A stretch of 64,000 bases of DNA, from assembly GCA_963813715.1 (NCBI GenBank), contig CAWFAK010000017.1, positions 576,001-640,000 of the forward strand, in the 5' to 3' direction. The position numbers and the translations under genes were made by a program. The notes under the pieces were generated by a model. That model was given only the letters and a program-made list of their open reading frames with translations. It did no database searches and was not told where the DNA came from. Shown piece by piece: positions 9,150-19,359 of the stretch. This DNA is from an uncultured Planctomycetaceae bacterium. GTDB taxonomy: Bacteria; Planctomycetota; Planctomycetia; Planctomycetales; Planctomycetaceae. Every line of letters begins with the position of its first letter. The stretch's first letter is position 1.

Positions 9150-9572
9150 TCACGAGAACGGGTTTTCCAGGAAGATCAGCAGACCCGTCTGGAAGGCGCA
9201 CAGGGCGAAGGCGATGGGGCTGGCCAATCGCTTCGAGCGCCGATGGAGAAAGGAAAGCGACGTGAGGGCCAGGATAGTGCCGGCCGCTTTCACCCGGAGA
9301 AAAATGTCGGGACTGCCGTTATCGATGCGGAGCAAGTAGAGACCAACCGGGTTCTTTTCGAAGTCCACAATCTCGTCGCCGGTCCGCACGACGAGATAAC
9401 CGTCGTAGAACGAGACCGCTCCGACAAACAGCAGCACGCTTGTAAAGATCGGGGCCCAGCCGTGCTGTTGACAGAGCGAAGGGTTCGCGCCCGCCGCCGA
9501 TTGTGCAGCGTTTTGTTCGCGGGAACCCAAAGGTTCGTTTGAATGCGGAGCATCTTCGACTTCATCGAACAT
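9150..9572 (-). CDS. Hypothetical membrane protein (3 TM, EKNP motif)
   Basis: Hydrophobic helices; VSFYDGYL...FEKNPVG. Confidence 0.7.
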   Translation of the reverse strand: MFDEVEDAPHSNEPLGSREQNAAQSAAGANPSLCQQHGWAPIFTSVLLFVGAVSFYDGYLVVRTGDEIVDFEKNPVGLYLLRIDNGSPDIFLRVKAAGTILALTSLSFLHRRSKRLASPIAFALCAFQTGLLIFLENPFS

Positions 9573-9647
9573 GGCCCGGCTCCTTACCGGCTCGGTGTAC
9601 TCTTCTCGTTGTTCGGTTGGATGTCCTCGAAAGTTGATTGAGGGAAC

Positions 9648-9663
9648 AGCAAAACGGGTGCCG
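9648..9663 (-). promoter_or_regulatory. Putative sigma-54 promoter
   Basis: CGGCACCCGTTTTGCT, about 75 bp upstream of ATG 9572. Confidence 0.6.
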
Positions 9664-10044
9664 AAACGGCGCGTGATTGGATCGACGCGACACGGCCGCG
9701 ATTCCTTTGCAGGTTCGCCAGTGCGGGTTGCGTCGAATAATAAAAGTCTAGCTCACCGCGGCTGACGGGTCGGTTAAGTCTGCCATTTGGGCCGCGTTTT
9801 CCGCACATTTGTCCAGAATCCCTGATGGGGGAAACGGCGTCACCAAGAACATTCTGCTCCCGGAGATCCCTGGGTGGTTGCCCGCTCCCGCCACACCGAA
9901 CCGTTCGCCGGCCCGTGCGCTCGGCAGCGCCGCTTGCAACGAAGCCACGTTAGAATGTGAGCGAGTTGGAATCTGGGCGTCAGTATGTGAGTGAGACCGG
10001 AGCGGCCCGGCAATCCTCGCACTCGCTCGGAGTCTGAGCTCCCG

Positions 10045-11100
10045 ATGGGGAGCAAGGGGACAGTTCAACCGGATCGGTTCGACCCCATGGGCCTCGTGAG
10101 CTTCGGTCGGCGCCACTTCAATTGCTTCGCGGCCGCCTACGACCGTTGGAGCCGGGACGATGGTCCCGTGATGGCGGCTGCCGTCGCCTACTACATCGCC
10201 CTGTCGTTCTTTCCGTTATTGCTGGTCTTGATTTCGGGCCTGGGGTTGTTCTTCCGCTTCGCGCATACCGGCCAGAGTGCCCACCAGGCGGTGCTGACAT
10301 TGATCGAAAGCGATCTTTCCCCCTCCGCTCGGACCGCAGTCGAACAGGCCCTCGACCAGGTCCGCGATCGCTCGACCATTCACGGGCCCATCGCCCTGGT
10401 GATGATGCTCATCTCGGCGATCGCGGGGTTCGTCCAATTGCAGCAGGCCTTCGACCGCATCGGCGACGTACCGAAGAGCGATCGCAAGGGCGTGGCCGCG
10501 GCCGTGCGGATGGTTCTCTTCGAGCGGCTGGTCGCCTTCCTGATGCTCTGCAGCCTGGCGCTCCTGGTAACGGCCGTGTTCATCGGGACGCTGGTGCTGT
10601 ACGCCGTCGAGCAATACACGACGGGCATCCTCCCCGGCTCGCAGATGTTCTGGCGGCCGTTACAGTCGCTCGTGAGCTTCGGCACCAACACCCTGCTCTT
10701 TTCGTTGATTTACCGCGCGCTGCCGAAAAAGCCTGCTCCGTTTAAGTTCTGTCTGCGCGGCGGAATGCTGGCCGCGGCGATCTGGGAAATTGGCCGTCAA
10801 ATCCTGGCGAGTCTGTTGATCGGCACACGCTACACGGCGGCGTACGGCGTTCTGGGATCCTTCATCGGCCTGATGCTCTGGTGCTACTACGGCGTGGCGG
10901 TGTTGCTGCTCGGCGCCGAATACATCGAGGTTCGCTGGCACTCGCCGGAGGGCGGCTGCAAAGATCCGCCGAAAGATGACGCGCCGGGCGGGAAGCCCGA
11001 GGATTCGAATCAGACCGCGACGCAGTCGACTGATGTTCTGCACCACGTGCGCACCGCCGCGCATCTCTTGGCGCATCCGATTCAAACTCTCGGTCAATAA
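10045..11100 (+). CDS. YihY/virulence factor BrkB family membrane protein
   Basis: AAAVAYYIALSFFPLL, YRALP and YGVLGSFIGLMLWCYY...LLGAE motifs. Start uncertain. Confidence 0.9.
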   Translation: MGSKGTVQPDRFDPMGLVSFGRRHFNCFAAAYDRWSRDDGPVMAAAVAYYIALSFFPLLLVLISGLGLFFRFAHTGQSAHQAVLTLIESDLSPSARTAVEQALDQVRDRSTIHGPIALVMMLISAIAGFVQLQQAFDRIGDVPKSDRKGVAAAVRMVLFERLVAFLMLCSLALLVTAVFIGTLVLYAVEQYTTGILPGSQMFWRPLQSLVSFGTNTLLFSLIYRALPKKPAPFKFCLRGGMLAAAIWEIGRQILASLLIGTRYTAAYGVLGSFIGLMLWCYYGVAVLLLGAEYIEVRWHSPEGGCKDPPKDDAPGGKPEDSNQTATQSTDVLHHVRTAAHLLAHPIQTLGQ

Positions 11101-11316
11101 GCGCGGCGAGCGACGAAGCGCGGTGAGATGTTCTCCTCCCCCAACGATTTTCCCGCTCCGTTCACGGGACGTGCGACTGAGGCGTCGCCTTTCGACCTTT
11201 CAGCCGAGGTCGGGCGACGATCAGATCGGTCGCCTCGCCCTCAAAAAGGAACTGTCCTACGCGGCTTTCCTCGGGATTCCGGCGCACCTGGACATCGTTT
11301 TATCGCTCTCCCTTCG

Positions 11317-11332
11317 CGGCATGCCCGTTGCA
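11317..11332 (+). promoter_or_regulatory. Putative sigma-54 promoter for the second csbD
   Basis: CGGCATGCCCGTTGCA upstream of ATG 11446. Confidence 0.65.
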
Positions 11333-11445
11333 CTGCTTATATGGTGTGGAAAAAAAGTGACCGGCCTCGACGCACAGGATGAGCAGGGTGTTGGACTCCG
11401 CTCGCGAGACCGTCAAGACGGCAGGAAGCTCCGAGGAGAAAGACG

Positions 11446-11862
11446 ATGAACTGGGACACTGTGAAGGGCGACTGGAAGCAATTCAAAGGCAAGGTCAAGG
11501 AGCAGTGGGGCAAGCTCACGGACGATGACTTGAACCGCATCGAGGGCAAGCGCGAGCAGCTGGCCGGTGCGATCGAGAAGCGCTACGGCATCGAAAAGGA
11601 CGAGGCCGACCGCCAAGTCACCGCGTTCGAGAAGCAATGTGGCGAATGCGATGAAGATCAAAATCGCATGGCGGGCGAGTCGCCAAGTCGGCAGCCGCAC
11701 GAAAAACACATGGCCGGCACGAAACCGATGCACAATCCGCAGCAGGCCGGCAACAGCGGCCAGCGCATGGCGGACAAGGACATGTCTGGAGAACAACACG
11801 AGGAAAGCAAACGTGGAACTAGCGGCCAGAAGCAGCGTTCGCAGCCGCATGGCAACAAGTAA
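11446..11862 (+). CDS. CsbD/YjbJ-family stress protein with a disordered C-terminal tail
   Basis: MNWDTVKGDWKQFKGKVKEQWGKLTDDDL...GAIEKRYG; GAGGAG RBS. Confidence 0.92.
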   Translation: MNWDTVKGDWKQFKGKVKEQWGKLTDDDLNRIEGKREQLAGAIEKRYGIEKDEADRQVTAFEKQCGECDEDQNRMAGESPSRQPHEKHMAGTKPMHNPQQAGNSGQRMADKDMSGEQHEESKRGTSGQKQRSQPHGNK

Positions 11863-11898
11863 ACCGCGCGGCGAGTGATCGCCGGAGCATGCACGACG

Positions 11899-11935
11899 AA
11901 GCCCGTGGCCGACGATTCGGCCGCGGGCTTTTTGT
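11899..11935 (+). terminator. Rho-independent terminator
   Basis: AAGCCCGTGGCCGA-CGAT-TCGGCCGCGGGCTT followed by a T-tract. Confidence 0.75.
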
Positions 11936-12008
11936 TCGCGCCGCTCCGTAATGATCAACGCACGGACGGGGATGACGCAGTGGAAAAAGCAGCCACTGGG
12001 ACAGAGCG

Positions 12009-12024
12009 CGGTACAGACTTTGCA
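12009..12024 (+). promoter_or_regulatory. Putative sigma-54 promoter for the PDZ protein
   Basis: CGGTACAGACTTTGCA, 60 bp upstream of ATG 12085 and just downstream of the preceding terminator. Confidence 0.6.
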
Positions 12025-12084
12025 GTCTCTAACGGGCATCGCCGATTTAAAATCCCCCGGGGTCGGCTCGAAGGAGCACCGCTC

Positions 12085-13971
12085 ATGATTACCTTGCGAA
12101 ATCGAATCCTGCGAAACTTTGTCTTGCAAAAGACTGTCCTGCGACACACAACAATCTCGATCAGCGCCCTGGCCGCTTTTTCGTGCGCCGCCTACGGCCA
12201 GGCGCCAGCCCCGACGAGCACGACGGTCACAACGACGACCTCGCGCATGTCGGCCTCGCCGACCTTGAACACAAACACCAACTCTCAGCCCGACGTCACT
12301 GGTTGGTCCGGGCATCCGGACACTGACATTCGCATCCGGGCCGGCGCCGGCAACCTGAACGTGGCCATGGCCAACTTCAGCGTGCGGACGGGTCTGGAAG
12401 TTCGCCCCAACAGAAATGCCCAGGTGGTCGTGCAAAGCGTGCGGTCGCAAACGCCGGCGGCGCGAGCAGGCGTCGAGCCCGGCGATATCATCGCGAAAAT
12501 CGACGGCAAGGAAGTCGCGACGTTCGACGACTTGCACAAAATGCTGCTACGTCGGCCGACGCAACCCGCCTTCCTGCTGTCACTGCAGCGCGGCGACCAG
12601 GCGTTTCGCGTCCCTCTCGGGCGTCAATTGACGCTGATGGGCATGACGCTCTTTCCCGATCAGGCCGATCGCCCGGTCGTCACCGAAATCGATCCTTCTT
12701 CTCCCGCGGCCTTTGCCGGCTTCCAAACCGGTGACGTGATCGTCGGTTTCAATCATCAAATGACATCGTCGATGGACCGTATGCTCGACTTCGGGATTCC
12801 GTTTATCCGCTCCGTTCCCGCGGGACAGGGACTCGCGTTTCAGGTTGCCCGTGACGGCAAGATGTACGCGCTGTCGGTCACACGTCCGGCCGATGCCGAT
12901 TTGCCGGTCCTCACTCCGGACCAGGAGCGGCACCTCCGCCGCGTGGGAACGGGCGTGAATGAGCCGGCGCCGCGGCACGTGATCAGCCAGACCACGACAT
13001 CGATGACGCAAACCGTCAATCCGCTCGTCGGGGGCGTGGCTCCTCCGGTCGGGTCCGTGGTCGTTCCGGCCGCGGTTCCCGTCGGCGTGGCCGGTGGTGT
13101 GCCGCAGTCGGTTCCCTATAACACGGCCGTCACCCAAAGCGGTGCGACCTCGTCGATCGTCGCGGCAGATGATCTCGGATTGGGTCTGCCGACTCAAAAC
13201 GGAGCCGGCGTCGGCCCTCCCCCGGCGCAATCAGACACTTTTGGACCGTTGCACCACATTAACGCCGCGGTCGCGATGCTCTACGGTAAGCCGTCGAACA
13301 TAGTGCAGCAGACGCTGATGCCGAGCTCGAATGCGCCGACGGCCTCGACCGTCACGGCGACGACGCCTGGGATGAATGCCGGCATCGTCGGCTTTGTCCA
13401 GATACAATTGACGGCGCCGCCGACCCCGGTGAATCCGCCGCCCCGCAGCGCCCCGCCAGTCGACAGCAATGCTCCGCCGGCGATGACGGCTCCGCAATCG
13501 CTGGTGAGCGCCCGCGTGACCGGCGTCCCCACGGGCGTCTATACCCTGGCAGTGAACGAATTTGGTGATTGCGGCGACGCGGCTGGAGCGTCGGCTGGTC
13601 CGGCTGCCATCACGCTAGGAACTTTGACGGTGGATGCCAACGGGCAGGGCCGCATGCGGCCGCATACGGTTAACTATTCTCCGCAAGCGGTTTTGGGCCG
13701 TGTCGTCTCGTTGGTCCCGGCGGGCGTTTTGCCTCCGGCATCGCCGGCGGGACAATCGCAGCCCGCTCCTCCAGCCGGCGTTCAGGCAAACGCAAGCCTG
13801 GCGGCCTGTGGCGTGTTTGGAGTAGCAAACCCCCGTCGTCCGATGATTGCGGATACGCTGCCTCCGGCCGGTGTTCCCGACCCGACGGTGTCGACCGCCG
13901 CGCCCACCCCTGCTCCGCCGGCACCCGTCCCGTACTCTCCGCCGGTTGCGCCGCAAGCGGCTGCACCCTGA
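12085..13971 (+). CDS. Secreted protein with two PDZ domains, Pro/Thr-rich linkers and a C-terminal Cu/Zn-SOD-like domain lacking metal ligands
   Basis: AAGGAG RBS and signal-peptide-like N-terminus; PDZ motifs TPAARAGVEPGDIIAKIDG and SPAAFAGFQTGDVIVGFN; SOD-like strands at the C-terminus. Confidence 0.8.
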   Translation: MITLRNRILRNFVLQKTVLRHTTISISALAAFSCAAYGQAPAPTSTTVTTTTSRMSASPTLNTNTNSQPDVTGWSGHPDTDIRIRAGAGNLNVAMANFSVRTGLEVRPNRNAQVVVQSVRSQTPAARAGVEPGDIIAKIDGKEVATFDDLHKMLLRRPTQPAFLLSLQRGDQAFRVPLGRQLTLMGMTLFPDQADRPVVTEIDPSSPAAFAGFQTGDVIVGFNHQMTSSMDRMLDFGIPFIRSVPAGQGLAFQVARDGKMYALSVTRPADADLPVLTPDQERHLRRVGTGVNEPAPRHVISQTTTSMTQTVNPLVGGVAPPVGSVVVPAAVPVGVAGGVPQSVPYNTAVTQSGATSSIVAADDLGLGLPTQNGAGVGPPPAQSDTFGPLHHINAAVAMLYGKPSNIVQQTLMPSSNAPTASTVTATTPGMNAGIVGFVQIQLTAPPTPVNPPPRSAPPVDSNAPPAMTAPQSLVSARVTGVPTGVYTLAVNEFGDCGDAAGASAGPAAITLGTLTVDANGQGRMRPHTVNYSPQAVLGRVVSLVPAGVLPPASPAGQSQPAPPAGVQANASLAACGVFGVANPRRPMIADTLPPAGVPDPTVSTAAPTPAPPAPVPYSPPVAPQAAAP

Positions 13972-14008
13972 CGGTCGAAAGTAAACTGACGTCTGTAGCC
14001 TCGAGTTT

Positions 14009-14042
14009 GAAGACGCCGGGCGAGTTTTCGTCCGGCGTCTTC
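14009..14042 (+). terminator. Hairpin terminator after the PDZ gene
   Basis: GAAGACGCCGGG...TCCGGCGTCTTC stem. Confidence 0.6.
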
Positions 14043-14167
14043 TTCATTCGCGGCATCGTATCGCGAGTGCGCGAGCTGAGCCGTAAAATGACGCTCGATT
14101 GCTGAACGGCGCCTCCGCGGTCGGCCGCCAGCGCCTTCGCCGTTGATCCGCCACTACTCCGGAGTGA

Positions 14168-15371
14168 GTGATGTCACAGTCACAGAGCGTGCTGACGATT
14201 AACGCCGGCTCGTCGAGCATCAAGTTTGCCCTGTTCGACGCAAGTGGCGAACCGCAGCGGACGATCACCGGGCAGCTGGAACGCATCGGCACGCCCGAGT
14301 CGGCGATCGCGTGGCGGACGAAGGACCAGAGCGACATGCAGCGGCAGCCGCTGGGGGCGAAAACTAGCCAAGCCGCGGTCGAGCCATTCGTCCGCTGGCT
14401 CGACGCGCAGGTGGGACGCGCTGCCATTCAGGCCGTCGGGCATCGGGTCGTTCATGGCGGCCCGACCTATTGGCAGCCGACGCGCGCGACGCCGGAGGTC
14501 ATCGCCGAGTTGCGCCGACTCAGCCCGCTCGATCCGAAGCACCTGCCGGCCGAAATCGACCTGATCGAAGCCTTTTCGCAGCATCTGCCGAGCGTGCCGC
14601 AGGTGCTCTGCTTTGACACCGCCTTTCATCACGAACTCCCCCGCGCGTCGCGACTGCTACCGGTGCCCCGCCGCTTCGAGGCCCAGGGCGTGCGGCGTTA
14701 CGGCTTTCACGGACTCTCTTACACGTTTCTGTTGAGCGAGATCGAACGACTCGCCGGCAAGGAAGCCGCGCGCGGGCGAATCATCCTGGCGCATCTGGGC
14801 TCCGGAGCAAGCATGGCTGCGGTCCGCGACGGTCGTCCGATCGACACGACCATGGCCTTCACGCCGACGGCCGGACTGGTGATGGCGACCCGCTGTGGCG
14901 ATCTCGATCCGGGTTTTCTGCTGTACCTGATGCGCACGGAGCGAGCCGGGGCGGACGCGATTGACGAGTTGGTCAACAGTCAGTCAGGACTCTTGGGAAT
15001 CTCCGAAACGTCGCCCGACATGCGAGACCTGCTCGATCGGGAAAAGAGCGATCCGCGCGCAGCCGACGCCATCCTGGTTTTTTGCTACCAGGCAAAAAAG
15101 TGGATCGGCGCCCTGGCCGCCGCCTTGGGCGGGCTCGATCTGCTGGTCTTCAGCGGCGGCATCGGCGAGAACTCGGTCCCGGCCCGCGCCCGCATCTGCG
15201 AGGGGCTCGAGTTTCTGGGCGTGCGGCTCGACCGGGCCCGAAACGAGCGGAGGCGCGGACGTCATCTCAGCCAATGAGTCCCCGACGTGCGTTCGCGTGA
15301 TCCGCACGGACGAGGAATTGGTGATCGCCCGCGCCGTGCGGTCGCTGCTGGGCCGCTCGGGCGTCGCCTGA
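14168..15371 (+). CDS. ackA: Acetate/propionate kinase; frameshift near 15250
   Basis: INAGSSSIKF, GHRVVHGG, FDTAFH, RRYGFHGLSY, HLGSGAS and FSGGIGEN; the C-terminal VIRTDEELVIAR is in the adjacent frame. Confidence 0.93.
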
Positions 15372-15648
15372 TTGCCGTGAAAAAACTCGGCGCCAAACCA
15401 GCGAATTTTGTTGACCTTCCCCAGTCTCGACGTAGAGTTGCAAACGATTTTGCCGCCCATCTCCGGCATTTCGGGACGGTGTCGACGGTCCGCTCTTTGA
15501 CGATTGCATCGGCAAAGTGGTCCGGTCCTTCAATCGGCTTCGTTCCACTGCCGGCTCCCCCGGCGCGTCACGAGCAGATCACATCGGTTCAGTCGTGCGG
15601 CTCTCCTCTGGGGACGCCGCGCGGGACGCTTTTGGTCGGAGATTTCGG

Positions 15649-16660
15649 GTGCGCGTGCTCATCGTCGATGATGACGAAATCGCCCTCGAGCTATTGGGCG
15701 CGGCCATTGCCAGCGCCGGCTACGAGGTCAGCACGGCCAGCGACGGTTGCGAGGCGCTCGAGATTCTCCGCACGGGCGTCTTCCGCGTCGTAATCACCGA
15801 CTGGGAAATGCCGAACATGAACGGCATTGAGCTGTGCCGGAAGATCCGCGAACGGCAAAGCTCCAGCTACGTCTACATCATTCTGGTCACGTCACGTGAG
15901 GGAGCGCAGCACGTCGTCGAAGGGCTCGACTCGGGGGCGGATGACTTCATCAGCAAACCGTTCCATCCTGCGGAGCTGGCGCTGCGGGTCCGCTCCGGCA
16001 TGCGAATGTTGTCGATGGAGAGCTGCGACGTCACGATCTTCACGCTCGCCAAGCTGGCCGAATCGCGAAGTGCCGAGACGGGCGCTGCACCTCGAGCGGA
16101 TCCGCGAATACTGCCGGGTGCTCGCCGAGCGGCTGTCGCAGCATCCGAAGTTCCACGAAGAGATCGACGCCGACTATATCAACCTCATCTATCGCACGAG
16201 CCCGCTGCACGACATCGGCAAGGTGGGCGTGCCGGACTCGGTATTGCTCAAGTCGGGTCCGCTGACGGACGACGAATTTCAGACGATGAAGCTGCACGTG
16301 CGGCTCGGGGCGGAAACGCTCGAGGCGGCGGCCGGCGTGCAGCCCGACGCCGAATTCCTGCGGATGGCCCGCGAGATCGTGCAGACGCATCACGAGCGAT
16401 ACGACGGCAGCGGTTATCCGCAAGGCTTGATCGGTGACGAAATTCCGCTTTGCGGGCGGATCGTGGCGCTGGCCGACGTGTACGACGCGCTCACCGCGCG
16501 GCGCGTCTATCAAAACACGCAGGTGCACGATCTGGCCAAGGCGATTATTCTCGAATCTCGCGGCGTGCATTTCGACCCGGACATCGTCGATGCGTTCCTC
16601 GAGGCCGAAACGGAATTCATGAACATCCAGCAGTGCTTCGCCGATCACGGCAGCCAGCAT
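15649..16660 (+). CDS. Response regulator with an HD-GYP c-di-GMP phosphodiesterase domain; frameshift near 16090, 3' end uncertain
   Basis: REC domain VLIVDDD...ITDWEMP...GADDFISKPF; HD-GYP domain LHDIGKVG, HHERYDGSGYPQGL and ADVYDAL. Confidence 0.88.
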
Positions 16661-16798
16661 GAAGCGGGTGCGCCGGAATGTTCGCGCAAAGCATGCTGGG
16701 CGAGGGAGTCGGAGCCCGAGCCGTGCTCCGCCGCTAGCGGCACGAGCTTCGCGGGTCGGTGGAGCGAGCCGCCGACCGACGCTCACCGGCACAACTCC

Positions 16799-17830
16799 TC
16801 AGCGGAAGAATTCTTCCGCCTCGTTGAGGAAGTCGGGGTCGAGCGTCCGCATCGTTCCGACTGCCTCGGACAAGAGCACGCTGACGATCTTGGTGCCGCG
16901 CAGCGCGACCATCCGGCCGAATTCCTTGCGGAGCGCCAGGCGGGCCGCATGAATGCCCAGGCGGGTGCCGAGCACGCGGTCGTAGGCGCTCGGAGTGCCG
17001 CCGCGCTGCAGGTGGCCGAGTGTGACGACGCGCGTCTCGATGCCCGTCCGTTTTTCGATCAGGTCCGCGATGATCTCGCCGATGCCGCCCAGTCGCACAT
17101 GGCCGAAATCGTCGATTTCGGCCGCCCGCGTGACGAATTTGGCTTCGTCGGGCAAGCGGGCGCCTTCGCTGACGACCACGATGCCGTAGGGCTTGCCCGC
17201 CGCACGGCGCTTCTTGAGCAAGTCGCACATGCGGTCGACGTTAACCTCGGTTTCCGGAACCAGGATGAAGTCGGCCGCCGACGCCATGCCCGAGTAGCAG
17301 GCGATCCAGCCGGCGTGACGGCCCATCGTTTCGATGACCATGATCCGCCGGTGCGATTCGGCCGTGGTCTTGATGCGGTCGATGGCCTCCATGTTGATGT
17401 TGATGGCCGTGTCGAAACCGAATGTGACGTCGGTCGAGCTGAGATCGTTGTCGATGGTTTTGGGCACACCGACGGTCGCCAGGCCACGATCGTTAAACAG
17501 CCTGCTCGCGACGCCCAGGGTATCGTCGCCGCCGATTGCGATCAGACAATCGAGCTCGAGCTTTTCGAATGTTTCCTGAACGCGTTCGACGTCCTCGGCC
17601 TTTTTGTAGGGATTGGTGCGGGAAGAGCCCAGAATTGTGCCGCCGCGATCGATCAGGCCGTCGGTGTACTCGGGCGAGAGGGCGATGCAGTTGCCTTCGA
17701 TGGCGCCGCGCCAACCTTCGAGCAAACCCAGGGTTTCACCGCCGCCGTTATGAATCGTGCGGACGATCGCGCGGATCACCGCGTTGAGACCGGGGCAGTC
17801 GCCGCCCCCGGTCAAGACACCCGCTTTCAT
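16799..17830 (-). CDS. pfkA: 6-phosphofructokinase, likely PPi-dependent type
   Basis: [24 protein letters not shown] and MGRHAGW. Asp in GGDD with Lys in PKTIDND is the PPi-type signature. Confidence 0.95.
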   Translation of the reverse strand: MKAGVLTGGGDCPGLNAVIRAIVRTIHNGGGETLGLLEGWRGAIEGNCIALSPEYTDGLIDRGGTILGSSRTNPYKKAEDVERVQETFEKLELDCLIAIGGDDTLGVASRLFNDRGLATVGVPKTIDNDLSSTDVTFGFDTAININMEAIDRIKTTAESHRRIMVIETMGRHAGWIACYSGMASAADFILVPETEVNVDRMCDLLKKRRAAGKPYGIVVVSEGARLPDEAKFVTRAAEIDDFGHVRLGGIGEIIADLIEKRTGIETRVVTLGHLQRGGTPSAYDRVLGTRLGIHAARLALRKEFGRMVALRGTKIVSVLLSEAVGTMRTLDPDFLNEAEEFFR

Positions 17831-19170
17831 GATGCCCAGGTCCTTTCGATGAAGGTCGTATCCACCTCGCCGGCGAGGAACGCAGAGTGACTGACGATTT
17901 TTCGCAAGAGGGGAATCGTGGTCTTAATCCCCTCCACGGCGAATTCGTCGAGCGCTCGACGCAGGCAGGCCAGGGCTTCCGCGCGAGAGTCCCGGTGCAC
18001 GATCAACTTGCCGATGAGTGAATCATAATACGGGCCAATTGTGTAGCCTTCATGTGCGTGCGTGTCGAGACGAACCCCCGGCCCGCCCGGCGCCCGCCAC
18101 TTGGTGATCTTGCCGGGGCTGCCGCGGAAGCCGTTCTCCGGATCTTCGGCATTGATCCGCACTTCGATCGCCGAGCCGCGACAGGCGACGTTTTTCTGTT
18201 TGAGCGTGAGCGGCTGCCCGTCGGCGATGCGGATCTGCTGCTGGATCAGATCGAGGCCGGTCACCTGCTCCGTCACCGGGTGTTCGACCTGGATGCGGGC
18301 GTTCACCTCGATGAAGTAAAAGCGGTTTTGGGCGTCGACGATGAACTCGCAAGTGCCCGCATTGGTGTAGCCGGCGGCCTTCACCAGCCGCACGGCCGAG
18401 CGGCAAATGTCTTCCCGCACGGAGGCGGGCAGCGCGGGGGCGGGGCTTTCCTCGATCAGCTTCTGGTGGCGGCGCTGCGTCGAGCAGTCGCGCTCCCACA
18501 GGTGCAGCACGTTGCCGTGATTGTCGGCCAGGATCTGGACTTCGATGTGGCGGGGCCGCTCGACGTATTTTTCGATATAGACGCCCGGGTTCTTGAACGA
18601 CTTTTCCGCCTCGGCCGCGGCCGCCTTGATCCCGCCTTTGAGCGAGATATCGTTCATGGCGACGCGCATCCCTTTGCCGCCGCCGCCGGCCGTGGCCTTG
18701 ATCAACACGGGGTAGCCGATCCGCCCCGCAACGGCCAGCGCCTCGTGCTCGTTGGTGACGAGACCGTCGCTGCCCGGGACAACGGGGACCTTAGCCTCGA
18801 TAGCCACCTTGCGGGCGCTCACCTTGTCGCCCAACAGGGCCATCGCTTCGTGCCGCGGGCCGATGAACTCGATGTTGCAGCTGCGGCAGACCTCGGCGAA
18901 GTGCGCGTTCTCAGCGAGAAATCCGTAGCCCGGATGGATCGCCTGCACGTTGCCGATTTCGGCCGCGCTGATGATCCGGTTGATGAGCAGATAGCTCTCG
19001 TTCGACGGTCCGCGGCCGATGCAATAAGCCTCGTCGGCGAGCGACAGGTAGTGGGCGCCGCGGTCCGCTTCACTGAAGACGGCCACCGTCTGAATGCCCA
19101 TCTCGCGGCACGCGCGAATCACCCGCAGGGCGATTTCTCCGCGGTTGGCGACCAGGATGCGTTGGAACAT
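17827..19170 (-). CDS. accC: Acetyl-CoA carboxylase biotin carboxylase subunit
   Basis: [39 protein letters not shown] and [14 protein letters not shown]. Confidence 0.97.
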   Translation of the reverse strand: MFQRILVANRGEIALRVIRACREMGIQTVAVFSEADRGAHYLSLADEAYCIGRGPSNESYLLINRIISAAEIGNVQAIHPGYGFLAENAHFAEVCRSCNIEFIGPRHEAMALLGDKVSARKVAIEAKVPVVPGSDGLVTNEHEALAVAGRIGYPVLIKATAGGGGKGMRVAMNDISLKGGIKAAAAEAEKSFKNPGVYIEKYVERPRHIEVQILADNHGNVLHLWERDCSTQRRHQKLIEESPAPALPASVREDICRSAVRLVKAAGYTNAGTCEFIVDAQNRFYFIEVNARIQVEHPVTEQVTGLDLIQQQIRIADGQPLTLKQKNVACRGSAIEVRINAEDPENGFRGSPGKITKWRAPGGPGVRLDTHAHEGYTIGPYYDSLIGKLIVHRDSRAEALACLRRALDEFAVEGIKTTIPLLRKIVSHSAFLAGEVDTTFIERTWAS

Positions 19171-19287
19171 TGTGCGCCTTGCGACCGGCCTGGCGGCCCG
19201 GTCACGTTGTCGGTTTGCTGCTTGTGTTTGGCGGCCCGCCCTTCAAAGAATGCGGTCTTCCAAAGGAGGCGGTCTTCATCAACAAGC

Positions 19288-19313
19288 CGTTCCCGAGCGG
19301 GAGCCTGGGAACG
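19288..19313. repeat. REP-like palindrome between accB and accC
   Basis: CGTTCCCGAGCGGGAGCCTGGGAACG, an imperfect palindrome with CGTTCCC/GGGAACG ends. Confidence 0.45.
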
Positions 19314-19359
19314 CCGCAGAAGCCGCGGCGAGCCGCCGGGGATTACAAGTCTCTGGGGA

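Noticed and set aside
9922..9938. CGGCAGCGCCGCTTGCA upstream of yihY as another sigma-54 site
   Set aside because: The spacing is one base too long and sigma-54 spacing is strict; it would count only if an indel error were shown.
16802..16819. 18-bp perfect palindrome GCGGAAGAATTCTTCCGC that encodes AEEFFR on both strands
   Set aside because: A single occurrence at the end of the pfkA coding sequence with no supporting context; probably chance.
15827..17890. HD-GYP frame reading about 400 codons antisense through pfkA
   Set aside because: The extension is a typical high-GC antisense shadow frame; the true stop was probably lost to an indel near 16650.
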